Assembly: GCA_963721455.1 (NCBI GenBank)
Contig: CAVRJG010000052.1
Location: 32,001 to 96,000 of the forward strand
Length of the DNA: 64,000 nt
Direction: 5' to 3'
From: an uncultured Methanosarcinaceae archaeon
GTDB taxonomy: Archaea > Halobacteriota > Methanosarcinia > Methanosarcinales > Methanosarcinaceae
Part shown: positions 54,504 through 64,000 of the stretch, one piece after another
Layout: the number at the start of each line of letters is the position of its first letter
Position numbering within the stretch: position 1 is the first letter of the stretch
The notes under the pieces: generated by a model
Databases searched by the model: none
Told to the model about the DNA's origin: nothing
The model's input: only the letters and a program-made list of their open reading frames with translations
Translations under genes and position numbers: made by a program

Positions 54504-55133
54504 TCATTCGTAATTCTCTCCTTCTTCTTGCCGACAGTTTTCGCATAAATACCTGCCGTCAACTAATTTCAGGTCTGCTGAGTGATACAAACAGGACTCA
54601 CATATTCCTGTACTGAAGTCTTCTTCAATCTCCTCAATTGAAGGAGTAGAGAGGAGAGCTTCCCGATTCATATCAATAAGGTCCTTGAGTATGGTACTGA
54701 GCCCCGGTGTTACCATCAGAATATCAGTATTCGAAACCACTCCTATTATTGTACCGTTTTCCAGGACTGGCAGCCTTTTGATATTTGCTTTTAACATGAT
54801 TTCGGAAGCTTTTACTACACTTGTTTCAGGCTTCACGGTTACCAGTGGAGTGGAGAGGATTTTGCTCGCAGCCACCTCACTTGGTTTTCTGTCCTCTGTA
54901 ACTATGCCCTTCACAAGGTCCCTTTCAGTTATGATTCCCATGGCCTTTCCGCTTTCAGTAATAACAATGCTCCCTGCATCACGACTGACCATTTCCCTTG
55001 CAATAGCAGGAATATCTGTGTTGATATCCATTGTTATGACTGTTTTATTCATAACTTCAGCAACCGAGATCTCTCTCTGAATCTCTCTATTGTGAATGTC
55101 GGTACCTATTTCCCTTTCAGGGTCATCTGCCAT
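54504..55133 (-). CDS. CBS pair plus C-terminal zinc ribbon (CxxC...CxxC)
   Basis: GIITERD, KRLPV and GICESC...LCENC. Likely start MADDPE at 55133. Confidence 0.88.
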   Translation of the reverse strand: MADDPEREIGTDIHNREIQREISVAEVMNKTVITMDINTDIPAIAREMVSRDAGSIVITESGKAMGIITERDLVKGIVTEDRKPSEVAASKILSTPLVTVKPETSVVKASEIMLKANIKRLPVLENGTIIGVVSNTDILMVTPGLSTILKDLIDMNREALLSTPSIEEIEEDFSTGICESCLYHSADLKLVDGRYLCENCRQEEGENYE

Positions 55134-55203
55134 TGACCGCCGTTCCCCCTTTACGTTCCGCATTTCCAAACCCGGCAATTTAAAATATAAAAGATCTTCA
55201 GGT

Positions 55204-55728
55204 TTCCAGTGGAAAAACACTTCATATTGTTTTAGTTTTCCTTCTTAATTCAGGCCCCGCAATCATACTTTTTAAAGCCGATATTCCGGTGAGGCCTGTC
55301 ATTTCCGGATATATTTTTTATCCGCTCCTTCTGAAGTGTCTTCCCCACACTTTTCGGACGTTTTTATAACACTTATATATACGAGTCAATGGTACATAAC
55401 GATAACGGCATTTGTTTTTTTTGTAGAGAAAAGAAGCTTGCATAATGTCAGGAGCGCATTTTTTTTAAGGTCCCTGCTCTTTCGTTCATGATGAGAAACT
55501 TATGGAAGTTTCGCAGGAAATTTTTCAGAACCCCGTTGTTTCCACTGGAGGCTTTTGCTGAGAATGAAAAATATCCAGTTATCTGGAAAAAGTATAAGAA
55601 TAAATGCAGAAGAAAAGTATATTTTAGAAAGCAGGTTTATGCAGTTTAGAAGAAACCCCAATTATATTTGTAATGCTTTCTATTTTTCTCACAGGAAATT
55701 TTTCAGACCCCCAAATTTCCACTGGAAC
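55204..55728. promoter_or_regulatory. Second ORB cluster (candidate second origin or Cdc6-binding site) beside rpa
   Basis: Plus strand TTCCAGTGGAAA (55204). Minus strand CTCCAGTGGAAACAACGGGG (55531-55550) and GTTCCAGTGGAAATTTGGGGG (55708-55728), both followed by TCTGAAAAATTTCCTG. Confidence 0.7.
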
Positions 55729-55813
55729 TTACTTCCTAATTTTTTATCGTGAAAAATTGCAGGTTTAAGGAATAAATAAAAAAGCAAAAGCCGGATAAAA
55801 GAAGGAAGAATGA

Positions 55814-57268
55814 TTAAAGCATAATCACTCTGCTGCGGTTCCCAATACTCAACTCGATTTCTTCATTCAGACCATACTTCGCATACGCGTCAATGATCTG
55901 GATTTCGGAGTCAATATCAAGATCCTCGATCACATATGCCTGCTCTCCCCAGAGAGTGAGCCTGATGCTGCCTGTTTCGTCTTTAAGTTCGAGATTTGCA
56001 ACCACACTTTCGGTCCCGTCTTCCCTCTCAAACTCCCGGAGTTCCCCTATTTCGGAAACCTTACCCTGGACTGAATAGCTTTCTCCAGGGATAATATCGG
56101 CAATATTCGTAAACTTTTCCCTGTACTCAATTTCTTTTTCAGTCTTCTGGATGATCCCTCTGGCTCCCAGGTTCAGTTCCACCTGCTGGCTGAAGGCATT
56201 TTCTCGAGAATAAGCATGGAATACTTCTATGGTCTGGTCAAAATCCACTTCGTCCAGAAAACTGGTTTTTTCATCCCACAGTGTCAGCCTGATTTTGCCT
56301 GTGGAATCACCAAGAAGGAGGTTTCCTATTCTTCCTGTAGACCCGTCTTTTTTCTCAAAGGTCCGGATTTCCGCTATATCAAGTACCCTTCCGGAAATGT
56401 TAATATTGTTCATATCAGCCTTGATATCAGCAATCGGGGTAAATTCCTCTTCGTACTCTACCGTTTTCTCACTTTTCCTGATAATACTTCGGTTTCCCAC
56501 CTGCAGTTCAACTTTCTGAGTAAAGGCGTTTTCCCGGGCATAAGCATTGATTAGCTCTACAGTATCTCCACATTCTATCTGGTTCAAAAACTCGGTTTTT
56601 TCGTCCCAGAGAGTGACTCTGAGTGTGCCTGTAGCATCTCCAAGCAGCAGGTTTCCTACCTTGCCGCTGCTGCCGTCTTTTCGCTGGAAGGTTTTTACTT
56701 CTGAAATGTCCAGGACTTTTCCTGTCAGATTCAGGTCTCCCGTACCGTCCTTTACATCCTTTATCTTCTGGCTGCTCGCAGCCACATCGATTTCGTCCTC
56801 ACTTTCGGTCAGGACTCCATTATTTCCGATATTGACTTCCACTCCTGAGTATCCCTGCTTCGCATACCCGCTGATCTGGAGGTTTTGTCCTGCCTTGACT
56901 TTTTCAGCTTTTATCAGGTCTGCCATATTGTCCCAGAGAGTTACCCTGATTTTACCGGTCTCGTCTCCGACGATCATATTTCCGACTCTACCTATGGTCC
57001 CGTCGTTTCGGGTAAATTCTTTAGTATCGAAAACTGAAACGACCCTTGCAACAAAGTTAACCGGTCCGCTTTCGGCTGTAATGTCTTCAATTTTCACACT
57101 GTCCCGACCTACATCCGAAAATCCGAGTTCGTTGGCAACCAGCATGGCAGCCATAGGTTCATCGCAAAGCCCTCCCATGTTCTCGACCTTTTCCTGGACG
57201 CGCTGCAGGAAGTCTTCCTTACTGATCACATGGCTGAGCTTTTTATAGATCGATTCAATATCTGTCAT
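55814..57268 (-). CDS. rpa: Replication protein A (ssDNA-binding, 4 OB folds)
   Basis: Four repeats of ..F.R.DG..G...GD.TG.IR.TLW. Confidence 0.93.
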   Translation of the reverse strand: MTDIESIYKKLSHVISKEDFLQRVQEKVENMGGLCDEPMAAMLVANELGFSDVGRDSVKIEDITAESGPVNFVARVVSVFDTKEFTRNDGTIGRVGNMIVGDETGKIRVTLWDNMADLIKAEKVKAGQNLQISGYAKQGYSGVEVNIGNNGVLTESEDEIDVAASSQKIKDVKDGTGDLNLTGKVLDISEVKTFQRKDGSSGKVGNLLLGDATGTLRVTLWDEKTEFLNQIECGDTVELINAYARENAFTQKVELQVGNRSIIRKSEKTVEYEEEFTPIADIKADMNNINISGRVLDIAEIRTFEKKDGSTGRIGNLLLGDSTGKIRLTLWDEKTSFLDEVDFDQTIEVFHAYSRENAFSQQVELNLGARGIIQKTEKEIEYREKFTNIADIIPGESYSVQGKVSEIGELREFEREDGTESVVANLELKDETGSIRLTLWGEQAYVIEDLDIDSEIQIIDAYAKYGLNEEIELSIGNRSRVIML

Positions 57269-58291
57269 ATTATCCCCTTTAATGTTGATTCTTATCTTCA
57301 GTATTTGTTATTTGCCTCAATTCTCGTGGCAATACATGTTAGTGACTGTTATTATTCTGAATCCAGTTTCGGTATTACAGCGTAAAATTCAAAAACTGTT
57401 TTATGAGAGTGGTAGATTAGATTAACAGTTATGAGAGTAGTAGATTAGATTAACAGATCTGAGCATTGTTATGGAAATTCAAAATGTTTCCGGTTAAGTT
57501 TGAGGTGAAATTTCAGATTATAGTTTCGGACGTAAATATTTAAACTAATTCCCTCAGAGTCTATAACCACGAAGGTACGGAAACTGTACTCCGATTTTCT
57601 TTCTTCCGGGTTGCTGGTGCTTTCAGCAGTTCTAATTCATTAAATACTCTACACCATGAAGGACACGGAAAACTCAATCCAGACTCTATAACCACGGAAA
57701 ACGCTCAAAGCACGGAAATCTCTGTTCCCGTACTTCCTATATTCCTTATCTCCCGTGTTTCACCTTTTCGTTTGAGATCGGAAAGGAGATCAGGTAATTA
57801 ACTGTAAATGTATTCCAAACTTTGTAATCTTTTAATGAATTTATTATAAGAAAGATTGTGGCTGAAATACTTTTGTAAGTCCATTATATTCATTTTAATT
57901 TCAAATTCCCATTATTTTAAGTTTTATTTTTTATGTTCCTTTTGTCTCTGCCGCAGCAGCCACTCTACTGGCAGTGCAGCTGTCTTTTTCAATATAAGGC
58001 TTCTGGGATTGCAGCTTGACACTGCGTTTGAAATGGAATTCATACACAGTACCTGAAGAGACCGCGGAACTGAATTTCAACTGGAAGTCGAAAGATCCGA
58101 ATCTGCCTTTCAGGATAGTGCTTGATTTAGCGCTTGAAAATGGAGGCCGGATAAAAATACTTCAGATTTACGTGCTACCGTATGCAAGGCGTCCTACTAA
58201 AGATTACCGTATGCCCTGTGAAAGTATTTTTTAACAAATCAGAAACAACTTAATAAACTGTGCTCATGCTCTTCTGGTGCTGATTGGCTTG

Positions 58292-58704
58292 ATGCAGGTA
58301 AATAAAATCCAGTTCCTTTCAAATATGGCACAAGTGTGCTCTCCAGACTTTTCGTTCCTGTTTTTGCCAGTAATCCCGTTACTCTCATGCTTTCAAGAGC
58401 TTTTACCGGTTTCACTGGGGGGATTTGTCCTGGAGTATTGATTGCCTATTTGCATTACCCGAACCAGAGTCGGGAAAGGTTTATTTCTCCGGGTTCTCTG
58501 GGCTGGATGGCAGGCTTCTTGTTAAAAGGACTTATAGGGGACAAAATGAGCATGCTTTTTCTGCTTTCTGCCTTCTTTTATATATTCTGTTTCCTGCAGG
58601 CTTTTGGCTTCAGGGAGGTAGCATTAGGAGCTGCAGTTTTGGCCATTTTAGGTTTCTTATTCTACATAGGGCTTGGAACCAATTATAAGGCAGAGAATCG
58701 TTGA
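58292..58704 (+). pseudogene. Degraded, internally deleted MFS transporter
   Basis: MFS-like fragments (MQVNKIQFLSNMA; LSRAFTGFTGGI; GSLGWMAG...GLIGD) in different frames, totalling only ~135 codons. Confidence 0.6.
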
Positions 58705-58784
58705 GACATAGTAAATTTCGAACTCCGTATCTTTGTCAAAACAAAACCTTATTTATGGTAAAGTTTCATTATGTACATGATACC

Positions 58785-59408
58785 ATGATTCGAAAATGCA
58801 CTGAGCACGGCTATTTTAGAGGAGGCAGCTGTCTGCAGTGTAAACGCCCTGGCAGATACCTGCTGGATGACGGCAGAGAGGAAAAGCTCGGCAGGTTTGT
58901 ATCAGGTACTCTCCGGCATTTTCCAGCATCTGCGGGAGTTGAAATGGACAGGTATGGCTGGGTGGATCTGAATGCTTTCTGTGACGTCATGAGAAAGCGG
59001 TACAACTGGATGAGGAAGGAATACCTTTATGCCCTTGTGGAATCCGATGAAAAGGGCAGGTATGAGATCCGGGAGTCCAGGATCAGGGCACGTTACGGGC
59101 ACTCTGTCAATATTGACCTGGACTACAGGGAAAGCAATATTCCATACCTGTATTATGGGGCAAGCCCTGAGGAAGTCGATGTTCTGCTGGAGAACGGAAT
59201 TTTCCCAATAAAACAGCGATATGTCCATCTCAGCACTTCTTATGAAAAGTCGACAGAAGTGGCTCTTATTCATACTGAAAACCCTGTCATCCTTCAAATC
59301 GACGCTTTGAAAGCTCAGGAAAACGGGATCTCCCTCAAACTTGCAACCGATTACATCGTACTTGCGGAAAAGATACCTCCCGAATATATTTTTGTCGTTG
59401 AAGACTGA
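58785..59408 (+). CDS. kptA: RNA 2'-phosphotransferase (Tpt1/KptA)
   Basis: SGTLRH, D.KGRYE, IRARYGHS and R.YVHLS, with an N-terminal C..H...C..C. Likely start at 58785. Confidence 0.93.
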   Translation: MIRKCTEHGYFRGGSCLQCKRPGRYLLDDGREEKLGRFVSGTLRHFPASAGVEMDRYGWVDLNAFCDVMRKRYNWMRKEYLYALVESDEKGRYEIRESRIRARYGHSVNIDLDYRESNIPYLYYGASPEEVDVLLENGIFPIKQRYVHLSTSYEKSTEVALIHTENPVILQIDALKAQENGISLKLATDYIVLAEKIPPEYIFVVED

Positions 59409-59564
59409 TTTTAAAGGTTTCCCTGCAAATTCTTTTCGGTACCTTTTCCTTTTCTTCTTCTTTTTCACTTTCTTTTTCTTCCCTCCCTCTTCCTATCTTT
59501 TCTTCTATCTTTTTTTCTTTCCTTTTTTTTCGATTTTTCCTTTCTCTGTCTTTGCTTTCTTCTT

Positions 59565-60581
59565 TCAGTTCACCGATACTTCAAAAAGGTCTTCCTTTTC
59601 CTCTATCCTGAATTTGACATCCAGAAACTGTTCAGTAACCCAGATATTTGTCGCAGCATGGAGAGAGAGTTCCCGGACAGTGTAAGAACTGTTTCCTGCA
59701 AGAGCCATATATGGTATTAGCTGGTCTGCCAGATGCATGTCCACAGAGGCTCTTGCTTTAAGTTCAGTAATAACTTCTTCTGCAGCACGTTTGCCGACTT
59801 TCTCTGCAGGGAGTCCTCTTTCACCAAGCGCACTTCCACCTACATAGCCTGCCCAGAGAGTTATTCCACTTCCAGTGGAAAAAGCTTCAAAGGATTGGGT
59901 TTCGATCAGGGAGGAGTATCCGGCTTCAAGTAATCTGGCACTGGCGGCTTCTGCCTGGCGTAAAGGCACATGAGCCGGAAGATTCGACGCATGAGAAATC
60001 CCTCTGATTTCTTCCTCTTCTTTTAAAAAGTGAAATCCCCGAAGCCTGCATGGCTCAAAAAAAGCTGAAACTTTTCCTCCCCCCTTCGGATAGTAACCAT
60101 GTTCCTTCAGGGCCACATTACCTGCATAGCCCAGCCGCTCCAGAGCCCTGAAAGTTACCTGCTGCAGGTAGTCCACTGTCGGAGCCCAGGCTACATCAGT
60201 TCCTCCCCTTACCGTGAGTTCGACCTTTTCTCTCGCAAAGGGCAGGGCAGGCATAAGGCACTGGAGGAGCAGGGTTATGCTTCCTGCGGTCCCAATATCA
60301 ATATCATACTTGCCCCCCTTTATTTCCACTGGAGCAAAGGAAAGCTCTGTTGAGCCTGGAAAAAGTCCCGAAACCCGAGCCTCACAGATCCTGGCTGTAA
60401 CTTCCAGAGCTTTTAAATGCTGCTGCTTCAGGCCAGGATTTGGCCTGTTTCTCCTGATATTCGTGACCCTGATCTCTTTTCCAGTGACTGCGGAAAGAGC
60501 AACAGCCGTTCTGACTAACTGCCCTCCTCCCTCCCCGTAGGAACCGTCAATTTCTAACACTCCCTTCCCCCACATTTTCAT
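59565..60581 (-). CDS. rtcA: RNA 3'-terminal phosphate cyclase
   Basis: EGGGQLVR, RPNPGL..QH, GYYPKGGG and D.HLADQL. Confidence 0.95.
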   Translation of the reverse strand: MKMWGKGVLEIDGSYGEGGGQLVRTAVALSAVTGKEIRVTNIRRNRPNPGLKQQHLKALEVTARICEARVSGLFPGSTELSFAPVEIKGGKYDIDIGTAGSITLLLQCLMPALPFAREKVELTVRGGTDVAWAPTVDYLQQVTFRALERLGYAGNVALKEHGYYPKGGGKVSAFFEPCRLRGFHFLKEEEEIRGISHASNLPAHVPLRQAEAASARLLEAGYSSLIETQSFEAFSTGSGITLWAGYVGGSALGERGLPAEKVGKRAAEEVITELKARASVDMHLADQLIPYMALAGNSSYTVRELSLHAATNIWVTEQFLDVKFRIEEKEDLFEVSVN

Positions 60582-60582
60582 C

Positions 60583-62058
60583 TTACTTTATCTTGTTGTC
60601 TTCTTTTTCCTTCATGTTTCGGATTGCGGCTTTTACAGCTGGCCGGAGGGGGTCCACAAGCATGGAGACCGGCGGTGCGTAACAGGTTTCCAGGCTAAGG
60701 AGGTCCCAGATGGTAGCTTTCTTTCTGACTGCAAGGGAAAGGGCATCGATCCTTTCTTTTATCCCCTCTCCTCCGGCAAGCTGCGCACCCACAAGATAAT
60801 CATCTTTGAACAGAAGTTTAATGTACACGTCTTTTCGGCCTGGGTAATAGGAAGCTCTTGTGCGCCCGCGGGAAAATCCTGTAACCACTATTATTCCATG
60901 GCTTTCAGCCTTTCTTGAGGTAATCCCCACTCCACCAAATTGCAAATCTCCTGCCACGGCCACCCAGGGGTCTGCAAGGGGCCCGAAAGTAGTATGCTTT
61001 CCTGTGATATTGTTTCCGATTATGTCGGCCATGCGCCGGGCTGTTGTGCCCAGTTGACTTAGTCTGGCTTCCCCTGTTACAAGGTCTGTTACTTCTACAC
61101 ATTCTCCACCTGCATAAACGCAGGGAAGAAATTTCTCTCCTGCCTTTACCTGGAGCATTTCGTTTACAACCATTCCTCCGGCTTTTCCGATTTCGATCCC
61201 GGCTTCCAGGCCGAGGGAGACTTCAGGTTTTACACCGCTTGCAAGGAGCACAAGATCTGCAGGAAACTGCCTAGCTCCTGCATGTAGAGTTTTTTCTTTC
61301 CAGAAGTTTTCAGGAAAGACCACAGGCTCCCCGGAAACTACTTTAATCCCCAGGCCTTCCAGATGTTCCCTTATAATTTCAGAAATATCGGGGTCCAATT
61401 GTCTGGAAAGCAGGCTTTTGCTTCTGCTTATGAGGACGGTTTTAATTCCCCTTTCCACAAGCGCCACTGCACATTCTATTCCTATTGTCCCTCCGCCTAT
61501 GATACAGACTTTCCCCACATTTTCCAGAGATTTTTCAAAAAGTATTCCATCAGCAAGGCTTCTCAGGGTAAAGACCCCATAAGGGAGAATATTTGTGCCA
61601 CCTGTTCGAGGTACAAAGGGCAGGCTGCCTGTTGCAATCACGAGTTTGTCGAAAGGATAAACCCCCACCCTTGTCCGGACAATTTTCAAATCCAGATCTA
61701 TTGACCTGGCGCCCTCGTTTAGCCTGACATCTATCCCGTTTTTCCTGAAAAAATCCTGGGGTTTTACTATCAGTTTTTCAAAACTGTCGATTTCCCGGCC
61801 CAGAACAAAAGGGATTCCGCAGTGACTGTAAGCGGTATGGGAATCCCTTGAAAGTACGATAATCTCAAAATCACTCTGTCTTCTAATTTTGGTGGCAGCT
61901 GCCATGCCACAGGCTCCCCCTCCTATAATAACCACTCTCTCATGACTTTTTTTTTCAGGGTTCTGCGCGGACACTCTTTTCTGAGATCCTCCTTTGTCTC
62001 CAGCTGCTTTCTGGATATCATCGCCTACAGCACTTTGCGTGCCAAAATCGCTTCCCAT
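60583..62058 (-). CDS. FAD-dependent NADH oxidase / CoA-disulfide reductase family
   Basis: GGGACG, YSHCGIP (redox Cys), ATGS, GGG.IG.E and YAPP. Confidence 0.88.
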   Translation of the reverse strand: MGSDFGTQSAVGDDIQKAAGDKGGSQKRVSAQNPEKKSHERVVIIGGGACGMAAATKIRRQSDFEIIVLSRDSHTAYSHCGIPFVLGREIDSFEKLIVKPQDFFRKNGIDVRLNEGARSIDLDLKIVRTRVGVYPFDKLVIATGSLPFVPRTGGTNILPYGVFTLRSLADGILFEKSLENVGKVCIIGGGTIGIECAVALVERGIKTVLISRSKSLLSRQLDPDISEIIREHLEGLGIKVVSGEPVVFPENFWKEKTLHAGARQFPADLVLLASGVKPEVSLGLEAGIEIGKAGGMVVNEMLQVKAGEKFLPCVYAGGECVEVTDLVTGEARLSQLGTTARRMADIIGNNITGKHTTFGPLADPWVAVAGDLQFGGVGITSRKAESHGIIVVTGFSRGRTRASYYPGRKDVYIKLLFKDDYLVGAQLAGGEGIKERIDALSLAVRKKATIWDLLSLETCYAPPVSMLVDPLRPAVKAAIRNMKEKEDNKIK

Positions 62059-62104
62059 ACTCTTAATAATGGTATTTCACGCCTATTATAAGTATTTAAA
62101 GGCA

Positions 62105-62225
62105 GAACAGCTTTCAGGTTCCTGAATAGGGAATTTTTCAAAGCAATTTCCAGAGTGGTCTGAACGAGCGAGTTTGGGAGTGGGGGGTTAGTACATAAAA
62201 AAGTTTATGCCTCGCCCGTTCAATT
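62105..62225 (-). ncRNA. Candidate small RNA (or nox leader) with a C-rich loop
   Basis: 12-bp stem (62161-62172 with 62211-62222) that is fully paired only on the minus strand (G.U). A BRE/TATA-like GAAAAGTATATATAAAA lies ~25 nt upstream. The 3' end is approximate. Confidence 0.4.
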
Positions 62226-63442
62226 TTTTACAAGTCTTTCGTTTTATATATACTTTTCTAAATTTTTCCAGTTTATTATTTTATACAATTTCTAAATCTC
62301 TTCTGGAGTTGTTCTGAAAATTTAAGATTTTCAAAGATATCGGGCACGAAAAAATGACACGGGTTTGATGAAACTTTTTATATAACCACAAAGTTCTTAA
62401 AGCCTGCAGACATTAAACATATGAATTTAAAATATATGGCGTACAGGTTCCTTCTTTTGCCGAAATTCCTTTAGAGGCAGGCGGGAGCTGCTCTGTCAGG
62501 TCATATCATAAACTAACAACTTCATCTACTCATCATTGCTAAATTCGTAAAGATAATCCAATGTAACTAATTCACATGCAAATATAATAAAAATTTCAGA
62601 TTTACTGCATTATCACCTAGGGCTAAGATAAATCATTCAATGAAAACTAAATTCATACATTATCACCCATGAAGTAAAAGTCAAAAAGTGCTCTCAATAA
62701 ACCTGATACATATTTCACTTACCGCTTTACCACTTATCATTAGGGAGTTCCTTGTTTACGGAACAGGGCATTTGGCACCTTCTGGCTGCTCGTGCCCGGA
62801 TTACCCGCTTTTCGGGGGTATTTCTGGAAAACTTGAGTTATCAGGCCCATTGAACGATAAACACACATTTTGGCTTCTGACTCTGAAGTTTATTTCAGGG
62901 TCACGATGAAAACTTATGTTAGGGCGAGGGCTTTCGGGCAGGTATAGAAAGCCTCGGGGACATCGCAGGTATTATTGTCTGCCCGGATCGAAAGTCAGGA
63001 GCGTCTTTGTCTAAGGGAGCTTTAAGCCAGGCTAACACAAGCCTGGAATTTTGTCTAGCTCTCATAAAATAAGAGCTTCCATCAAATAGCTTCACTTCTG
63101 GCATTCTGCCGGATCAAGTCTCCTAGCATAAGCAATAAATAGAAATCGCAGGCAGATTCGGAATTCTCTTTCCGGTCATAGTCGTCTTTAATTCTCAAAT
63201 CTGCCTCTTCAAGGGTGTATTATCCCTGACCAGGTCTGAAATCTGATTTTTACTATTTTTTGCATAGTCTAGACCTTTGCGAATTTTCAGAGTATAGAGG
63301 ATAGTTTGTATTATCAGGAGACTGCCCGGATCATAATCTGGAAAACCAGTCTGTCATAATTGTTAGGTATAAAACTTCCTGTGGGAAGTAGTTTAAAAAA
63401 TCATCACGATAAATCATTTACAATAGCTAGAGGAGAATTTAC

Positions 63443-64000
63443 ATGCAAAATACGGATACTACAAAGTATATCATTCATTCTAAAATTAATGCTGATGGGG
63501 TAATTGAACGTCCTGATATCGTAGGTGCGATCTTTGGCCAGACCGAGGGATTGCTTGGGGCTGATCTTGATTTACGTGACCTGCAAAAGACCGGCAGAAT
63601 TGGCAGGATCGAGGTAATGGTTACTGCTAAAGGAGGAAAGACCAAAGGAAATATCTTTGTCCCCTCAAGCCTTGATAAGGTTGAGACCTCCATTCTTGCC
63701 GCATCTCTTGAGACCATTGACAGGGTGGGACCCTGCAGTGCTAAAATTGAGGTCTTCCAGGTAGAAGACGTACGAGCTGTAAAGCGCAAGAAGATCATTG
63801 AAAGGGCAAAACTCATTTTCACCAAAATGTTTGATGAGACAGTGCCCGAATCACAGGAACTGGCAGATGAAGTCCGACAGTCTGTAAGGATTGATGAACT
63901 TACTTATTATGGAAAGTCCAGAATTCCCTGTGGGCCTAACGTTCTTAACTCCGATGCCATTATTATTGTTGAAGGTAGAGCTGACATCCTGACCCTGCTC
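63443..64000 (+). CDS. dnaG: Archaeal DnaG (primase/exosome-associated), 5' part
   Basis: [11 protein letters not shown]...[15 protein letters not shown]...[10 protein letters not shown]...IIVEGRAD, with GAGGAG RBS. Runs off the window. Confidence 0.95.
   Translation, partial: MQNTDTTKYIIHSKINADGVIERPDIVGAIFGQTEGLLGADLDLRDLQKTGRIGRIEVMVTAKGGKTKGNIFVPSSLDKVETSILAASLETIDRVGPCSAKIEVFQVEDVRAVKRKKIIERAKLIFTKMFDETVPESQELADEVRQSVRIDELTYYGKSRIPCGPNVLNSDAIIIVEGRADILTLL

Noticed and set aside
57856-58234. Two short plus-strand ORFs between rpa and the MFS remnant
   Set aside because: No RBS and no recognisable family. They may be decayed sequence but cannot be supported.

Overview
Core-genome window of a Methanosarcina-type methanogenic archaeon, spanning the chromosomal replication origin. 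Evidence for the assignment: ftr, mfnA, porCDAB, cdc6 with ORB boxes, PolD DP1, RPA, archaeal DnaG, and long AT-rich intergenic regions full of short tandem repeats. Gene order: argS (partial), aRF1, taw1, DP1, signal peptidase, dus, porCDAB, a small accessory patch (ISL3-type MITE plus TPR remnant, an orphan gene, a CTAG-ended MITE), Zn/Mn ABC transporter with a DtxR-type regulator, GntP permease, a chemotaxis cluster, ftr, TraB, M50-CBS protease, mfnA, oriC with an inserted frameshifted IS256, cdc6, SelB-like GTPase, RNA ligase, five tandem CBS genes, a second ORB cluster, RPA, kptA, rtcA, NADH oxidase and dnaG (partial). No tRNA, rRNA or CRISPR was seen. The most interesting signals, all needing tests, are: (1) an 82-codon upstream ORF with two in-frame amber codons in the long leader of the release factor gene, a possible UAG/pyrrolysine-sensing autoregulation; (2) an ATA start codon on ftr; (3) an in-frame TAG read-through extension of CheY; (4) a full ORB box inside the rtcA coding sequence; (5) a dense structured non-coding region upstream of dnaG and a separate C-rich-loop sRNA candidate.
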